From positions 1-64,000 of the forward strand of contig CDMY01000379.1 in NCBI GenBank assembly GCA_001179505.1: DNA of 64,000 nt. Reading direction: 5' to 3'. Below the pieces are notes generated by a model, which was not told the origin of the DNA, did not search any database, and worked only from the letters and a program-made list of their open reading frames with translations. The translations under genes and the position numbers were made by a program. Source of the stretch: Vitrella brassicaformis CCMP3155. Its lineage: Eukaryota; Protista; Chromerida. Below, in pieces: positions 24,693 to 38,300 of this stretch. The first letter of the stretch is position 1. Every line of letters begins with the position of its first letter.

Positions 24693-27600
24693 TCATCGCC
24701 TGACTTTGATGGTGAGGTACTCCCGCTCGGAAGGAGCGAACCAGTCAAACTCATTGGGCCTCTTGATGGACAGCAACACACCCATACCAATTCGCCACAC
24801 GGTCTCATTGATACGCCTGCACATAACACACCGGCACAGACACACAGACACACATCCCTTCTCCGGTCGGTTGCGGTGCATCCATCGGATCACTGATATC
24901 TGGCGGCACTCTCGGGGTTCTTCTGGGACATCTCATACTGGTACAAAGCCGACATGCACCGCTTCTCACACTCCTTTGCCAGCACCTCCACCAAATCCTG
25001 CCTCATCATCACGCCGACCTTGGCCGCCTCCTCCCTGGCCTTGTCGGCGACGCGCTCCCTCAGCTTCGCGTACACCTGCTGCCACTTGCGATCGGTGTTG
25101 CGGTTTTCGATTTTGGCTGCCTTTTTCTCGCTGTAAGATGGCGAGGCCGTTCGTGTGGATGAGCCGGCTGCTGCAGCGCTTTGGCTCTGGGTGGTTTGGG
25201 TGGAGGCCGCTGAGAGGCGGGCCTCTGGACACAAAGAGTATACCATACAGGGAGTGTACACATGTGTATCAGTGCGTGTGTAGAGGGAGAAGCTAAGCTA
25301 CTCTTCGGTGGCGACTCGTCGGCTGCAGGAACGACCAAGCAAGCGGCATTGTGGAACAGACAAGCACGAAGGGAGCGCAGGCAAAGATGGCATGTGTGCA
25401 GTGATCCACTTTTTGCGTGCGTACCCTGCCGCCTTGTCATGCCAACGCCCACCTCCTCCCGGATCGCTTTGAACTCCCTGAAAGATCCAACGCAAACACA
25501 GAGAGCAATACACGCCTCTCCCTCCCTCAATCGCCCCCCCGCTCTCTAGCTCACTCGGTCAACAGGTGAGCCGCCCACTCCTCCAAACCGCCCGGCCCCG
25601 CCCCGCCCCCGCCCTCAGCAATCCGGCAGATGTCGGGATCGGCCCGGAGGATGAAAAACTGCTGTGTGTCGAGATTCGAGAAGTCGCTCCTCGTCCAGGG
25701 GAGGTACTTGTGACGCCACTCACTGGCCCGGTGCTGGCCGATGTGCTTCCACAGCTGAGAGAGCACTGAGCCATTGTCGAGGGGTCGGCCTTTGCCTTTG
25801 CCTCGCCAGATGGGCCGGCCGCTGTAGGGGCCGACTCTGTACTCGTGGCAGAGAGAGAGAGAGAGAGAGAGAGGTGGATGTGTGGGCGTCTTTTCTGGTG
25901 TGGATGGATGGATGGTTGCGTACAGGTCGTCGACTTTCTTCATGTCGGCCTGGAAGCCCGTCTTGGAGCTATCCATCGCCTGCACACACACACAGCCCAT
26001 ACACACACACACACGTGTGCCAGACAGGCCACGCAGGGGCTTCCCTACCAGCGCACAAAGCTGGCCGAGCATCCTGGTCGTGGGGTCGCTCATGCCTTTC
26101 TTCTCCAACAGCACAAACCACTGGTAAGACAGCAGCCCCACCTGGCTGCCGCCACGCCTCGCATGCGCCTCGTCCAGCAGACACTCGTGCAGCACCTGGC
26201 CCAACGTCAGACGCCCAGGCTGACCTAGGGTGGGGTCGTTCTGCACCAGCTGATGAGCCTTCCTCTCCAGGCGATCTTTCACCCTAGCAGACAGAGACAG
26301 ACACACACAAAGCGGGTGACTTCATGTTGGGTGTTGTTGTATTTTTGTCTGGTGTGGTTACGATTCGGGTTTGTCGCCTCCATTGGGGGTGTAGTAGTTG
26401 CGCGCCAGCCCAGCGGCATAGGGGTCGAAAGGCCTGCAAATTAAGCCCACAGGAAATACAGCGCACGGATGACCACCTCACGTGCACGGTGCTTGTGCAT
26501 CATTTCCTACTTACGGGTGGTTGTGCCGGTCGTTGCTGCCTCTCTGGACGATGGGCGCGACAATGTCCTGGTTCCAGCACACCCACGCCTCATCGCCGTC
26601 ATAGTCGCCCCCGCCCATCAGGTCAGCCGGGCTCCGCTCGAGCGATTCATGTGCAGAAAGCACCAGCAATCCCGCGTAGCTGCGCGTCCGCTCGGTGAGC
26701 GGCACGTCATCGAGCGTCGACACGGCGTTCAGCAACTGGGGGTCACACAGAACACACCGAGACAGATGTTGTGTCCGTCGTCTTGTTTGGCGGATGTGTG
26801 TGTGTGTGTGTGTGTGTGTGTGGCGCACCAGCAGCTCCTCTGGCTGCCGGACAGGGTTTCTGCAGGCCACCACATGGCCGACAAAGGGCCGGCCGCCCAC
26901 CAGCACGTAACACTCATTGGCCTGCAGCCTTCGCGTGTAGTCAGGCACCTGAAGACACACCACGGAGTGGTGTGGTGTGGTGTGTTGTCTGCGATGTGTC
27001 GCGAGTGTTTGGTGGCCGGGCCGACCATGATGAATCGAGCAGACGAGGGACACCTGATGTGCATTTTGTCGCGCAGCCTGTCGAGGGCACACTTGGCCAC
27101 CTGGTGCACCATCTCCATCAGATAAGGCTCATCTACACCCACACCCACACACACACACACACATACAGAGAGAGAGAGAGAGAGATGGATCAAGGGAGGG
27201 AGCGAGGGAGGGAGGGGTGATGTCTCACTGACTCATGGTGATGCCTGCCTTGAGCAACTGCGCCACTCTCCCGTAGAGCCCCGCCTGCTTGTCGTCCGTG
27301 TTGGTGCTAATCACACGACGATAGAGCTCCTGCCGGCCCTCGGGCTTGTACAAAGCCTCTATGCTCGCTATCTGACACAGACAGACACACATATGCACGA
27401 CACACACATTCTGTGCTGATTGATGACGGGGAGGGGAGAGGTGGTGGTGGGATGCTCACTTCAGGGTCTACAAGTCGCTTGAACACCTCCACGGGCACGC
27501 CCCGCTCCCAGAGCACCCATACGACCTCCACTGACAGCGAGGCGCCCTCGGTCGTGTCGAGATATGACTCTCGCAGCAGCTCCTCCATCGTAGGGCCAAC

Positions 27601-29336
27601 CTTGCACACCTGACAGACACATAAAGCACTCATCCATCCATCCATCCATCCATCTGTGTGTGTATGTGTGTGTGTCGACTGTGCCTGTCTGCACGTCAGC
27701 ATGGCAGCATCTTACCTCTATGTGTGTGTGCGCCTTGTCTAGGGTCAGCTCCGGCTGTGAGACGGCGCCTCTGAGTCTGAGGACCTCTTTGAGCCCCAGG
27801 TCGTACTTGAGCTGGTTGTCGGTCAAAATTTCCATGACGTTGTCCATGCTGCCGTCAACCGCCAACACACCCTTGGCAGCACGGTACCGAAACTGACACA
27901 CACCCACACATGGAAGGATGGATGGAGGGAGGGAGGGAGGGGTGTCTTGCCTGTATGTAAGATGGCAGCTGCTCAACGTGTGTGCAGCATCGGTCGATGT
28001 GGTCTTTGATCTGCTCGTCCGACAGCTGGGGGTGCTGCCGCCAATACCAGAAACGATACAACTCACGGGCCATACCAACACCCAAACCTACACACACACA
28101 CACACACACACAGCCTCCCTCTCTCACTCAGCCCCTCCCGCCGTACGTGAGCATCCATCCGAGAGGCTCGTCTGGCCATCCGCCCCCCTGATGTCCTCCG
28201 TCAATCGCACCCGCGGCAGGCCACTCCCACTGTCCCACAGCGGCGCCACCTCTGACGTCTCAACGGTGCCCGAGAGGAGCAGTGCGAACCGCGCCAGGAA
28301 CTTGGGCCAGGCCATGGCCATGTTGGCCCCGCCGGCTGCCTGGACGATCATGGCCCTCTGCTGGGCGTTGAGGTTGGCCTGGTCTAGAAGGGGAGGCGGG
28401 GATGGCAGATGGGGGTGGTAGAGGGGGCTGCAGGAAGGACACGACAGACACATGAGGTGTGTGTGTGGCGGTGGTGTGCGAGTGGTTATTGGATATAGGT
28501 ACATGTGCCAGTGGCGCAGCTGGTCGACCGTCACGTGAGGGGCACCTAATGGACGAGGCACGAAGGGAAAGAGGGATCCGCCAATTCGTTGGTGAAAGTA
28601 AGACTTACCGGCGACCTCCTCTGCGAAATAGATGGCCTTGCACGAGTTGTTCCTGTCATTCTGACACACACATACGCACACACACACACACATGAGTGCA
28701 GCCATGGGTGCCCAGCTGATTGATTGACTGACAGACTCACCTTGTCGGATCTGGGCATGAAGAATCGATAGGTCCTGCCGGCGAGCACGAAGCTCTCGAT
28801 GGGCTCGCCGTCCATCCGCTCGTCGTCCTCGGCCATCCCGCTGCTGGTGAACAGAAACCGGTCGCACCCCCACCGCCGAAACGCTCGGTTGCTCTTGCTA
28901 GACACCTGCACACATCACATCGGTTCCACCATTGCAGACATAATGCATATCACCATTGTGTGTGTGTGTGTGTGTGTCATGCCAGGCCGACCTGTGACTT
29001 GATGTCGTCCAGACACACAATAACGCCGCCGCCGCCGGTGTCCTCCTCCCCTCCGACTCCTCTGCGGATGAACACCTTGAACTTTGTATTCTCGGCTCTT
29101 GACATATCCTCGTCAGATGAACAGTTCGTCGGTGGTGGCTGAGGTGCCTGCCGCAGCTCGTCCTCAGGGATGGGTGTGCCGCAGCCGTGCTTGCCGACCA
29201 TGGCCTGCATGTGTTGCAGGAAGGCCAGCAGCCGGCGCTCGCGGCAGTGGGAGATATTGCCGTGTGAGGGTCGGGCTGACCGCCTCGAGGAGCGGGAGGG
29301 GGAGATCCCCTCCATCGGCACGGGACTCTCACTCAT
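24693..29336 (-). CDS. RdRP: Cellular RNA-dependent RNA polymerase (RNA silencing), gamma/QDE-1-like catalytic motif
   Basis: PKFLARFALLLSGT, SLSDGCS, QFRYRAAKGVL, VVACRNP, SPADLMGGGDYDGD (26592-26606) and AMDSSKTG. Confidence 0.92.
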
Positions 29337-29537
29337 TCACTTAGCACAGGGAGCCGGGATGTATTCCTGGCAAGTGTTCCTGTGCACCACCGCAGCAGCG
29401 GTTTCACGCAATGCCCTTGCCTGCGAGCTTGATCGATTGCCTGGAACCAAACGGGCTTCCGGGAGGCTACGCGACGTGTAGCCAGGCAGGATCTTTCATC
29501 CCTCGCCTCCTTGTTTATCTCATTGATCTGCCTGTGA
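29337..29537. promoter_or_regulatory. Bidirectional promoter (RdRP / pICln)
   Basis: Divergent ATGs 202 bp apart. ctgcgagctt (reverse complement AAGCTCGCAG) at 29421-29430. Confidence 0.45.
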
Positions 29538-30020
29538 ATGATGCCGATAGAGCGTCTGACGTCGATGCACAGAACTGACGACAACGCGCTGGTGCTCCAG
29601 CCGGACGAGTCGCTGACGCGTGAGCAGGGCGGCACGCGGCTGTGGTTCAATGGCAGCGACGAGGGCCAGGGGTCGCTCTACATCACCAGCCAGAGGGTCG
29701 TGTGGCTGTCCTCCGACGACAGGGACAAGGGCATGGCCTTCGACTACCCCGTCATCATACTCCACGCCATCTCACGAGACCCACGTGAGGGATCCAGACA
29801 CACGGGGAATGGGTGGTGGAGTGGATGGACCTTTCTCTCTGTGTGTGTGTATGTGGTGTGTAGAGGCCTTTCCGCAGCCGTGCATCTACTGCCAGCTCAA
29901 GGCGGACCGGCCGCCGGCTGCTGCTGCTGCTGCTGGCGAAGAGGAGGAGGGCGGCGAGGGGGACGACTTTGACGCCCTCAACGAGATGAGATTCATACCG
30001 CAGGACGAGACGTATGCACC

Positions 30021-30051
<31 letters not shown>

Positions 30052-30498
30052 AGGCGTCAGTCATCCTATCCATCCATGCATCTGATGATCTGTTCATTCA
30101 TTCACCAGTTGTCTGGACGATTTGTTCCGTGCGATGAGTGAGATGGCGGCGCTGCACCCCGACCCTGACATGCTGCAAGAGGGGGGGCCCGATGACGACG
30201 ACACCCTCTTCGTCAACCCGGTATGTATGTAACCAAACCTCCCCTTAACCTCCTTCCCTTCCAGCACCCTCCAGCCCTGCCTGTCCCTCTCTCTCTGTGT
30301 GTGCAGCACAACGGTTGGAATCCGCCCGAAGCCGAGGAGGGCGCCATGGACGATGCAGAGGAAGATGAGGATGAGGAGGGAGGGTACGAGGACGACGATG
30401 AGGCGGAGGGGGAGGGAGAGGGAGCGTCTGGGGCGGAGGGGGATGAGGGCAGCGGGGTGGCCCACAATGGGGGCGGGGACAGGCACATGGCACCCTGA
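29538..30498 (+). CDS. CLNS1A: pICln / methylosome subunit (Lot5), snRNP Sm-core assembly chaperone
   Basis: GQGSLYITSQRVVWLS..GMAFDYPVIILHAISRD|..FPQPCIYCQL..EMRFIP|LDDLFRAMSEMAALHPDP, with an acidic C-terminus. Confidence 0.92.
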
Positions 30499-32363
30499 CG
30501 GACGGGGCGAACAGATAAGAGAAAGAGCATAAGAGAGAGGTTTGTGGTGTTGTTTGTCGTGTGTGTGTGTGAGGAAGAGGAAGATGGGTCTGTGTGCGTG
30601 CGTGCGTGCGTGTGTGTGTGTGTGCGTGTGGCATTCGATGAGTAAGCAGTTGGACGGATTAGGTAAGTGAGATTGTGTAGGTAGTTTTTCGGTGTGACGA
30701 GGACATAAGGCAGCCAGGCAGGCAGGTAGACCCGTAAGGCTGCCTGCTGCTTGCGTCGTCTGTTGGCTTTGTGTGTTCACTGTTTGCCGTGTATCGTATC
30801 GGCTCTACAAGCACCTCTGTCTGTCATCCATCGATGTGTCCAATCCAATAGACAGTCGCGTGCAGTCACGTCCTACCCTGGAATGAAGGTCGGAATCCTT
30901 TCCATCATCGATTCCGTTCCGTCCCCACCCAACCCACCACTCACGAATGCACTTTTGACTGACGCCCATATCCTCCTCGCCCTTCCCGAAGCAGAGCCAT
31001 CATCCAGAGTCGCCTAAAAAGGAGGCGACCCCCACACGCACACATGCACCACTCAAGTCAGCCGATCTTGTTGGTGCGCGCGCATCGAAACTTCCCTCCC
31101 TCCGTCCCTCCACTCGTCAGGTCAACCAGTTGCCAGCCGGCCGGCCGGTCGAAAAATCTGAGCTAGCCGAGTAAGCTGAGTCGCTCTCTCCCGCCACCCT
31201 CTCTCTCTCTCCTGAGGCGGTCGGAAAATCAGGTCTTCAGTCTTTCTGCGTGGGTGTGCTGTTGCAGTGCCACGCACCCTATGTCAGCAGCAGCCATCTG
31301 TGCGTTGCGGCCTTTGCGTGAAGGCCACAGCGCTGGGATCGCTGCAGCTCATGTAGGGTGCGTGGCAGCAACACTGTCGACCTCTCTCTGTCTGTGTGCG
31401 TATCAGCGAGATGTCAGCCAGTAGACCGAAAACAGCCCCGTTGCAGTAGCAACTCTCTCTCTGTCTCTCTCTCTCTGTGCGTGTGTGTGTGTGTGGCGCA
31501 TCCCTGGCCTGCCAGCATGCCGCCCTTGCTCTTGGGTGCTCCCGCTCTGAATCGACGGGCACATCCCAGAGCAAGGAAGGCTCGCCTACAGGACAGCGAT
31601 GCACCATCCGACCACACCCAGGTACCATATCTCCGTCTCTCTGCGCAAAGAGGGGTAAGCCCTCTCCTCATTTCATTCTCTCTGGTGATCAGGCAGCCAG
31701 GTCAGGGCAGGTCATTAAACCACTTCTCTCTGGGTGCTGTCAGTAATCCGGTGTGCAGTGCTGTGGTGTGCTGTGCTGTGGTGTGTGGTCGGTGTGTGTG
31801 CGTCGCCATAGCGATCAGGAACACACACTGAGGATGCAGGCAGGCAGGAAAAATAGCCAGCCTCGTCAATCAGTCAATGAGTGAAGAATCGATCCATCGC
31901 CAGGCTGCTCGACAGACAAAAGGTCACGTCACGTTTGTTTCCACCCATGCGCTGCAGCAGAAAAACACTTCCACTTACACGAGTCGCATGTATGTGTGTA
32001 TGTATGTGTGTACGCACCTCCGTACGTCTGTCTCATAAAGAGAGAGAGATGCACACGCACTCCACCTAAGCATCATGAGACAGATGGACAGATAGACAGA
32101 CAGACAGGCAGGTAGGTAGATCGGCTGTTGGTTGCTGCGTGAGTTCAAGCAAACACCCTCACGCAGTCTCACACATACACCACGCACCTCGGTGCCTCAC
32201 CGTCGGAAAGACACCGCCACCCACCCACCCACCGAATCCGCTACCCAAAAAAGGGCAAAAACTACTGTCTCCGCAACTTACGCACCGTCTCGGTTGTCCC
32301 GTCCATCAAAATGCCCGTCTCGCTCGCTACGTCTGTGTGTGGATGGATGGATGGATGGATGGA

Positions 32364-35350
32364 TCATTTGGTGTTTGAGAACCCGAATCGCGTGGCGGGC
32401 GCCATCAGCCGCGCACTCGGCGAGTGAAGGAGAAGCTCGTTGTCGCTGCAACACCAACACACACATCAACACAAAGGCATCATTTCTCGCCACGCTCTCT
32501 CTGTGCGTGTGCTTTCGTACTCGCAGAGCAGAGTGGGGTCGGCGCCAATGGTGCCCTTGAGCTCTTTGAGGTAGTCTGGGCTGCTGACGTGCTCGAGCTG
32601 TGCGCGGGCGAACGCCATGCGGCCCTTGATGTCGAGATTGTGGCGGGCGGGGCCGTGCTCCTTGTTCATCACAGGACTTGACAGATAGGCCTGCACCACA
32701 CACACAGAGAGAGAGGGAGAGGGAGAGGGAGAGAGGGAGGGTGTTGTGTGTGTTGGTTTGTCTTGCTGACCTCCATGTAGTGGATGGCTCTCTTCCAGAA
32801 TCTGACGTCGATGTACTGCTTGGTCTGCAGGCGCTTCTTGTACCACTCTGACGACATCATCGACTCACTGACAATCACATCGACCGACCGACCGACCGAC
32901 CGACACAGGAATGAGCCCAATACACACCATCTCTCGCTCCCTCTCCCTTTGTGTGTGTGGGTGTCCGTGAGTGTGTGTGCAGTCTTACTAGGTGAACATG
33001 GCCTGTATGTCAGGGTGTTTGACGTCCTTGCCCTCGTACGCCCCCGTGGCCATGATGTGCACCAACGCCTTCAGCGGGGGAATCAAATCCTCAACAGTGC
33101 CGTCCTGAACATACACACGCCCCAACACACCACTCTCCCTCTCCCTCTCCCTCCCTCTCTCTCTCTCTCTCTCTCGTCATCGACTCGCCCACCGACCTGC
33201 AGGTAGAGGTTTGCGGTTCTCTCGTAGGAGATCATGAGGTTGTCGACGCCCTCGACGAAGTTGGCCAGGTCCTGCAGCTCCGGCTTCAACATCTCCTCAG
33301 TGAATACCTTGTCCTGCCAGCCAGCCATCCATCCATCCATCTGTCTCGCTCTCTCTTTGTGTGTGTGTGTGAGAGGGTGCAGTGTGCTTACAGGGTTCTC
33401 AAAGACCCTTCCGAAGTAGGTGCTGACGAACTTGCCGGTGATGCGGTAGCCGAGTCGGGAGGCCAGCACCTTGCGCCCGTCGTAGTCGAAATCCTGCAGC
33501 TCCTCTGACCACGCACAGCACACAGAAGGCGCAAGCACCGATGGTCGTCTCGCATTCATCGCGTATGTGGGGTGCCTGTGAGTGGTTACGTACCGAGGTA
33601 TCCGCCTTTGATCATCTCGTCGGCATTTCTCTCGTTGTGGCTGAGGCGACACCAGATCTCGGGGATCAGCAGCGAGACGTCGTGGTCCACACGGTAGTTG
33701 GGACCGATGTAGCCCGCTGCCGTCGAGTAGCCTGCACACACGCACACACACACACACGGTTGGCACCGTCTCTCTCTCTCTCTCTCTCTCTCTCCCTCTC
33801 CCTGTCTCTCGGTGTGTGTGTGTGTGCGTGTGCGTGTGTGTGTGTGTTGTGGCAATTGCTACTACTTACCATGGTAGCCGGTGAGCATGAGCGACACAAA
33901 AGTGCTGTTGAGGTCGGCGGCGAACCGGAGTGCGTTGAAGGGCCCCTTGGTCAGCGCACCCTCACTCCCAAACCCCGTGGTGCTCGGCGACTTCCCCGTA
34001 ACCGACGTGATGTACTGACCCACCCATCACACACACACGCACAGAAATCGATGCGCAGAGAGGGAGAGGGCAGCGGGGAGGGAGGGTGTGACCGTACGTC
34101 CATGAAGAGTTCGGGCATCTTTTGGAAGTGGATGGGCCCGTAGCAGCAGAGGGCGGGCACCGTCGGCTCACGGATGTTGTTGCGGCGGCCGGACAAGACA
34201 CTGATCGATGGCAGGCAGAGAAGCAGCACAGATGTTGTCTGGTGGTGGTGGGTGGGAAGAAGCATGCAGCCATGTTTACGTACTTGTTGACAGGGAAGAC
34301 GACTTTTTCCGCGAGTGGGAGCATCCTGTGGAAGCGCGTCTGCACCTCGCCGATGTAGCGGTCCTGCAGACGGGTCACGTCACTCCGCACCTGCACACAT
34401 TGACACACACACAGGGAGAAAGAGGGAGAAATGGTGCGGACGGTGTGTGTGTGTGTGTGTGGCTGGGGTGGTACTTGGAGGTATCTGGGGTTAGTGGACC
34501 GAGTGCCGTCTTCCATGATGCGCTTCTTGGCCGAACACACCACCAACTCGTCGCTCTCCTGCCATCCAGCCACACACAGGAAATGCTCTCCTGGTGTGTG
34601 TGTCGGTCTCTCTCTCTCTCCCTCCCTCCCTCCCTCTCTCTCTCTGTGTGTGTGTGTGGGGGGGGGGGGGTACATCNNNNNNNNNNNNNNNNNNNNNNNN
34701 NNNNNNNNNNNNNNNNNNNNNNNNNNNNNNNNNNNNNNNNNNNNNNNNNNNNNNNNNNNNNNNNNNNNNNNNNNNNNNNNNNNNNNNNNNNNNNNNNNNN
34801 NNNNNNNNNNNNNNNNNNNNNNNNNNNNNNNNNNNNNNNNNNNNNNNNNNNNNNNNNNNNNNNNNNNNNNNNNNNNNNNNNNNNNNNNNNNNNNNNNNNN
34901 NNNNNNNNNNNNNNNNNNNNNNNNNNNNNNNNNNNNNNNNNNNNNNNNNNNNNNNNNNNNNNNNNNNNNNNNNNNNTGGGGGGGGGGGGGTACATCTGGC
35001 AGGGCAGCGGCCTCCTTGAGATGCTTCTTCATGGGATCAGAGAACGCGTCGAAGAACCGCACGTCGTCGACTATCTCACGCACTGCACACACACACACAC
35101 ACACAATTCATCCATGTCTGTGTGTGTTGAAGTCGTGGCTGGGCTGTGTGGTGTGTGTGGCATGCATGCCTTTCATGGTGTCGAGTGCGTCGAAGTTGCT
35201 GCACCACGACTGTGCGGCCGACATGTCGATCTCTGTCTGCTTGTCGAAACCCGGGATGACGGCGTCGTCGGGGCGCTGGAAGAGGCGCCACTCGGCGTTG
35301 AGCGATATCTTAAGGCTCGGATCTGCACCATCACACCACCATTTGCTGAG

Positions 35351-35384
<34 letters not shown>

Positions 35385-38300
35385 TCTGTGTGTGTGTGTG
35401 TCTGCGTACGAGCGGGGTTGTATCTGGTGCCAGGGATGCGCTGTCGTGGGACGACGATGGAGGCGGTGATGTCGTCCTCCATCTGCACCTTTGCCGAGGC
35501 GATGAAGTCGGGCCGCAGCTTGTAGTTCTGCCACTGGTGGCCCGTCTTGTCGATGCCGATGCGCAGGAAATTGCCGCTCAACCGCACTCCCTGACAGCCG
35601 ACAGACACACAGAGAACATGCCATCACACCACACACGTGTGTCTACTGGAGTGGGGGTGACTGGGGCGGGTGTGATCGTACTTTTCTTTTGAGGAGGTGG
35701 TCTTTCTGTCCGTCAGTGGTGTCGACCTCGAAGTCGGCGCGCCAGCTCTCTTTCTCCTGCTCCTGCACACACAGACAGACAGAGAGAGAGGGAGAGAGAG
35801 AGATTGTGGTGGCCACAAGAGCGCCTGTAAAGCATTGCGTGTGTGTGTGTGTCCTACCGTGTAGAGTCGCTTGACGAGGTAGAGGATGGATCTGATGCGG
35901 TTGGGGATGCCCTCGACGAAGGCGTTGTGCTCGTCGGTGTAGTCCTGATGGATGACACAGCACATACACATACACACAGACACACAGATGAGCCCACACA
36001 CGCACATGCATAAGCTCATGGAAGGATGGCTGAGCTGACCGAGCCGGGGGTGAGCATCTTGATGACGCTGCCGAGCGAGCGATTGTCGGACATCAACGGG
36101 CGGGTGCTGCATGACGCACACGCACACAGACACAGGTGAGATGGCGTGTGGGGCAGGAGTGTTGTGTGTGTTCACTCACTCCTGTTTGCCGCTGTTCTTG
36201 AATCGCTTCGAGTAGTCATGGTCAATCAGGTCCTGGACCGTCTGCAAATCACGGTCCAAATCTGATTGACACACATCCATCCATCCATCCATCTGTGTGT
36301 CTGTGTGTGGCCCACCTTCGGTGTAGATGGGGCCGGTTGAGATCTGGTCCCTGATGGACTTTGAGATCTCGCTCTTGCCCCCGCCAGAGACAGTGCAAGG
36401 CTTGTGGCAGAAAGTGGCGATGCCCGACGTGCCGATCAGCTGCCACTTCTGAGAAACGGGGTGCTTCTCGAGACGGACCTGGTGGGCCACACACACACAC
36501 ACACTTCTCTCTCTGTGGGTGGGTTGGTGGTTGGGCGGGTGCGTGGGTGAGTGGCTGTGTGGATATGTCCATGCCTTGTAGCCTGTGGGGTGGATGTAGT
36601 GCTTGTTGGGCAGCAGCTTCAGGCGGTGCTCCTGCCCTGTCGTCTTGTTGACCCAGGTCACCGACTGCTCACTGCACACACACACACGCACACACGATGA
36701 ACGTAGGAATGGTACTGTGTGTGTGTGTGCGTACGGCAGCGAGATGACGACATTGTCCGGCACGTATATGATGTCGGGGAACCGCTTGTCGACCGCATAG
36801 CCGCTGGGCTTGACGTCCATCAGGCCGCCGTACTCGCTCACCACACGCTCGAACGTGTAGCCATCCAGACCGGCATCGATTTGCTCCTACACGCTCACAC
36901 CAAACACACCAAAACACATCCATCCATCCATCCAACCAAAAACAAACAACACGCAAGCAAACGGACCTTTGCAAGAGAGAGGAAGTCCTTGCGGATCCAC
37001 TCGCCCAGCTGGCACTCGTTGGAGAGGTGCGGGGTGTTGGTGGGGTCCAGCACCCCCGTGAAGACGCCCTTCTCGATGTTGTACGAGGGGAACGCCAGAG
37101 TGCCCCCGGCATGCTCCTCCTCTGACAGGCCGAACAGGTTCGCGCTGAAGCCAATCTGATGTCATTTGATGCGATGCGATTAGTCAACAGACAGAAAAAG
37201 GGCAGAGACATGTTTTTGCTGGTGTTGTGTTGGGGGGGGAGGGATTGAGGGGGCGGGGTGCTATCTGACTGTCAGGTCAGGTACCTTACCTGTGTCTTGA
37301 CTTCTTTCTTGCAGTAGCCGAAGTAGTTGTCGCCCAGAAGGGTCACCATCACACCAGCAGCAGACCTGACACACGAACACAACCACGCACACACATGGAT
37401 GGATGGATGGATGCTTCTGCACACTGCACTACCTGGCGCGCACCTGCAAGTGATTTTGTAGGGTTTGCCGTCGTTGTATAGGTCGTCGTCGTGTTCGTAG
37501 CACATGCCGTCGCGCCTCTGCCGGTCGGTGGCCTCGGACACGTGCGGCAGACCCAGCTCCTTCTTCTTGCTGCACACATGACATGAACGGGGTCATCGCG
37601 CCATCGATGAGGTGGGTGCCTCTCTGTCTGCTTACAGGTTGAGTATCCACGGCGCTAGGATGACACACCCACTCGTCCCTGTCCAATGCGCAGGCTGCAC
37701 CAACACACCAACCATCCGTCAGCCCCTTTTCTCCCTCTCTCCCTTTCTCTGTCTCACATCGAGCGCGGCGTCATGCTCGCACAGATAAGGGTCCCCCCAG
37801 TTGCCAAAGATCCGCTCCACGAAGTCGAGGTTGGCCACAAGCCCGCCCGGCGCGAAGAACCTGACCTCGGTGCGCTTCTCGGGCAGCCAGTGGGGGACCT
37901 CAGGCGCGACGAGGGGTCTGAGTAGGATGGAGGTCCACGCCGCGACGGGAGTGGGGAGTGAGGTGGTGAAGGGGATGGTCATCATGTCCTCGTCGGGAGG
38001 GTTGAGCGCTGCCGCCAGGATGTTGCCGTAAACCTATACACACAGCCACACAGCCACACAGGCACACAGGACACCTTGTGTTTGGTCTGGTGTGTCTGTC
38101 AGATCTCCATACCTTCAGGGGCACCGCTTTCTTGTCGGCCGCTATGGGCAAGCCATACTCAGCCACATGGAATGACCCCTACGCCCATTCGCACACCCAC
38201 ACACACACACGTGCCCATCCCCTCCGTCCCTCCCCCTCTCTCCCTCTCCACTCACCTTTGTGGTGCGTTTGTCGTTCCTTGAGTTGGAGAGAATGCCGTT

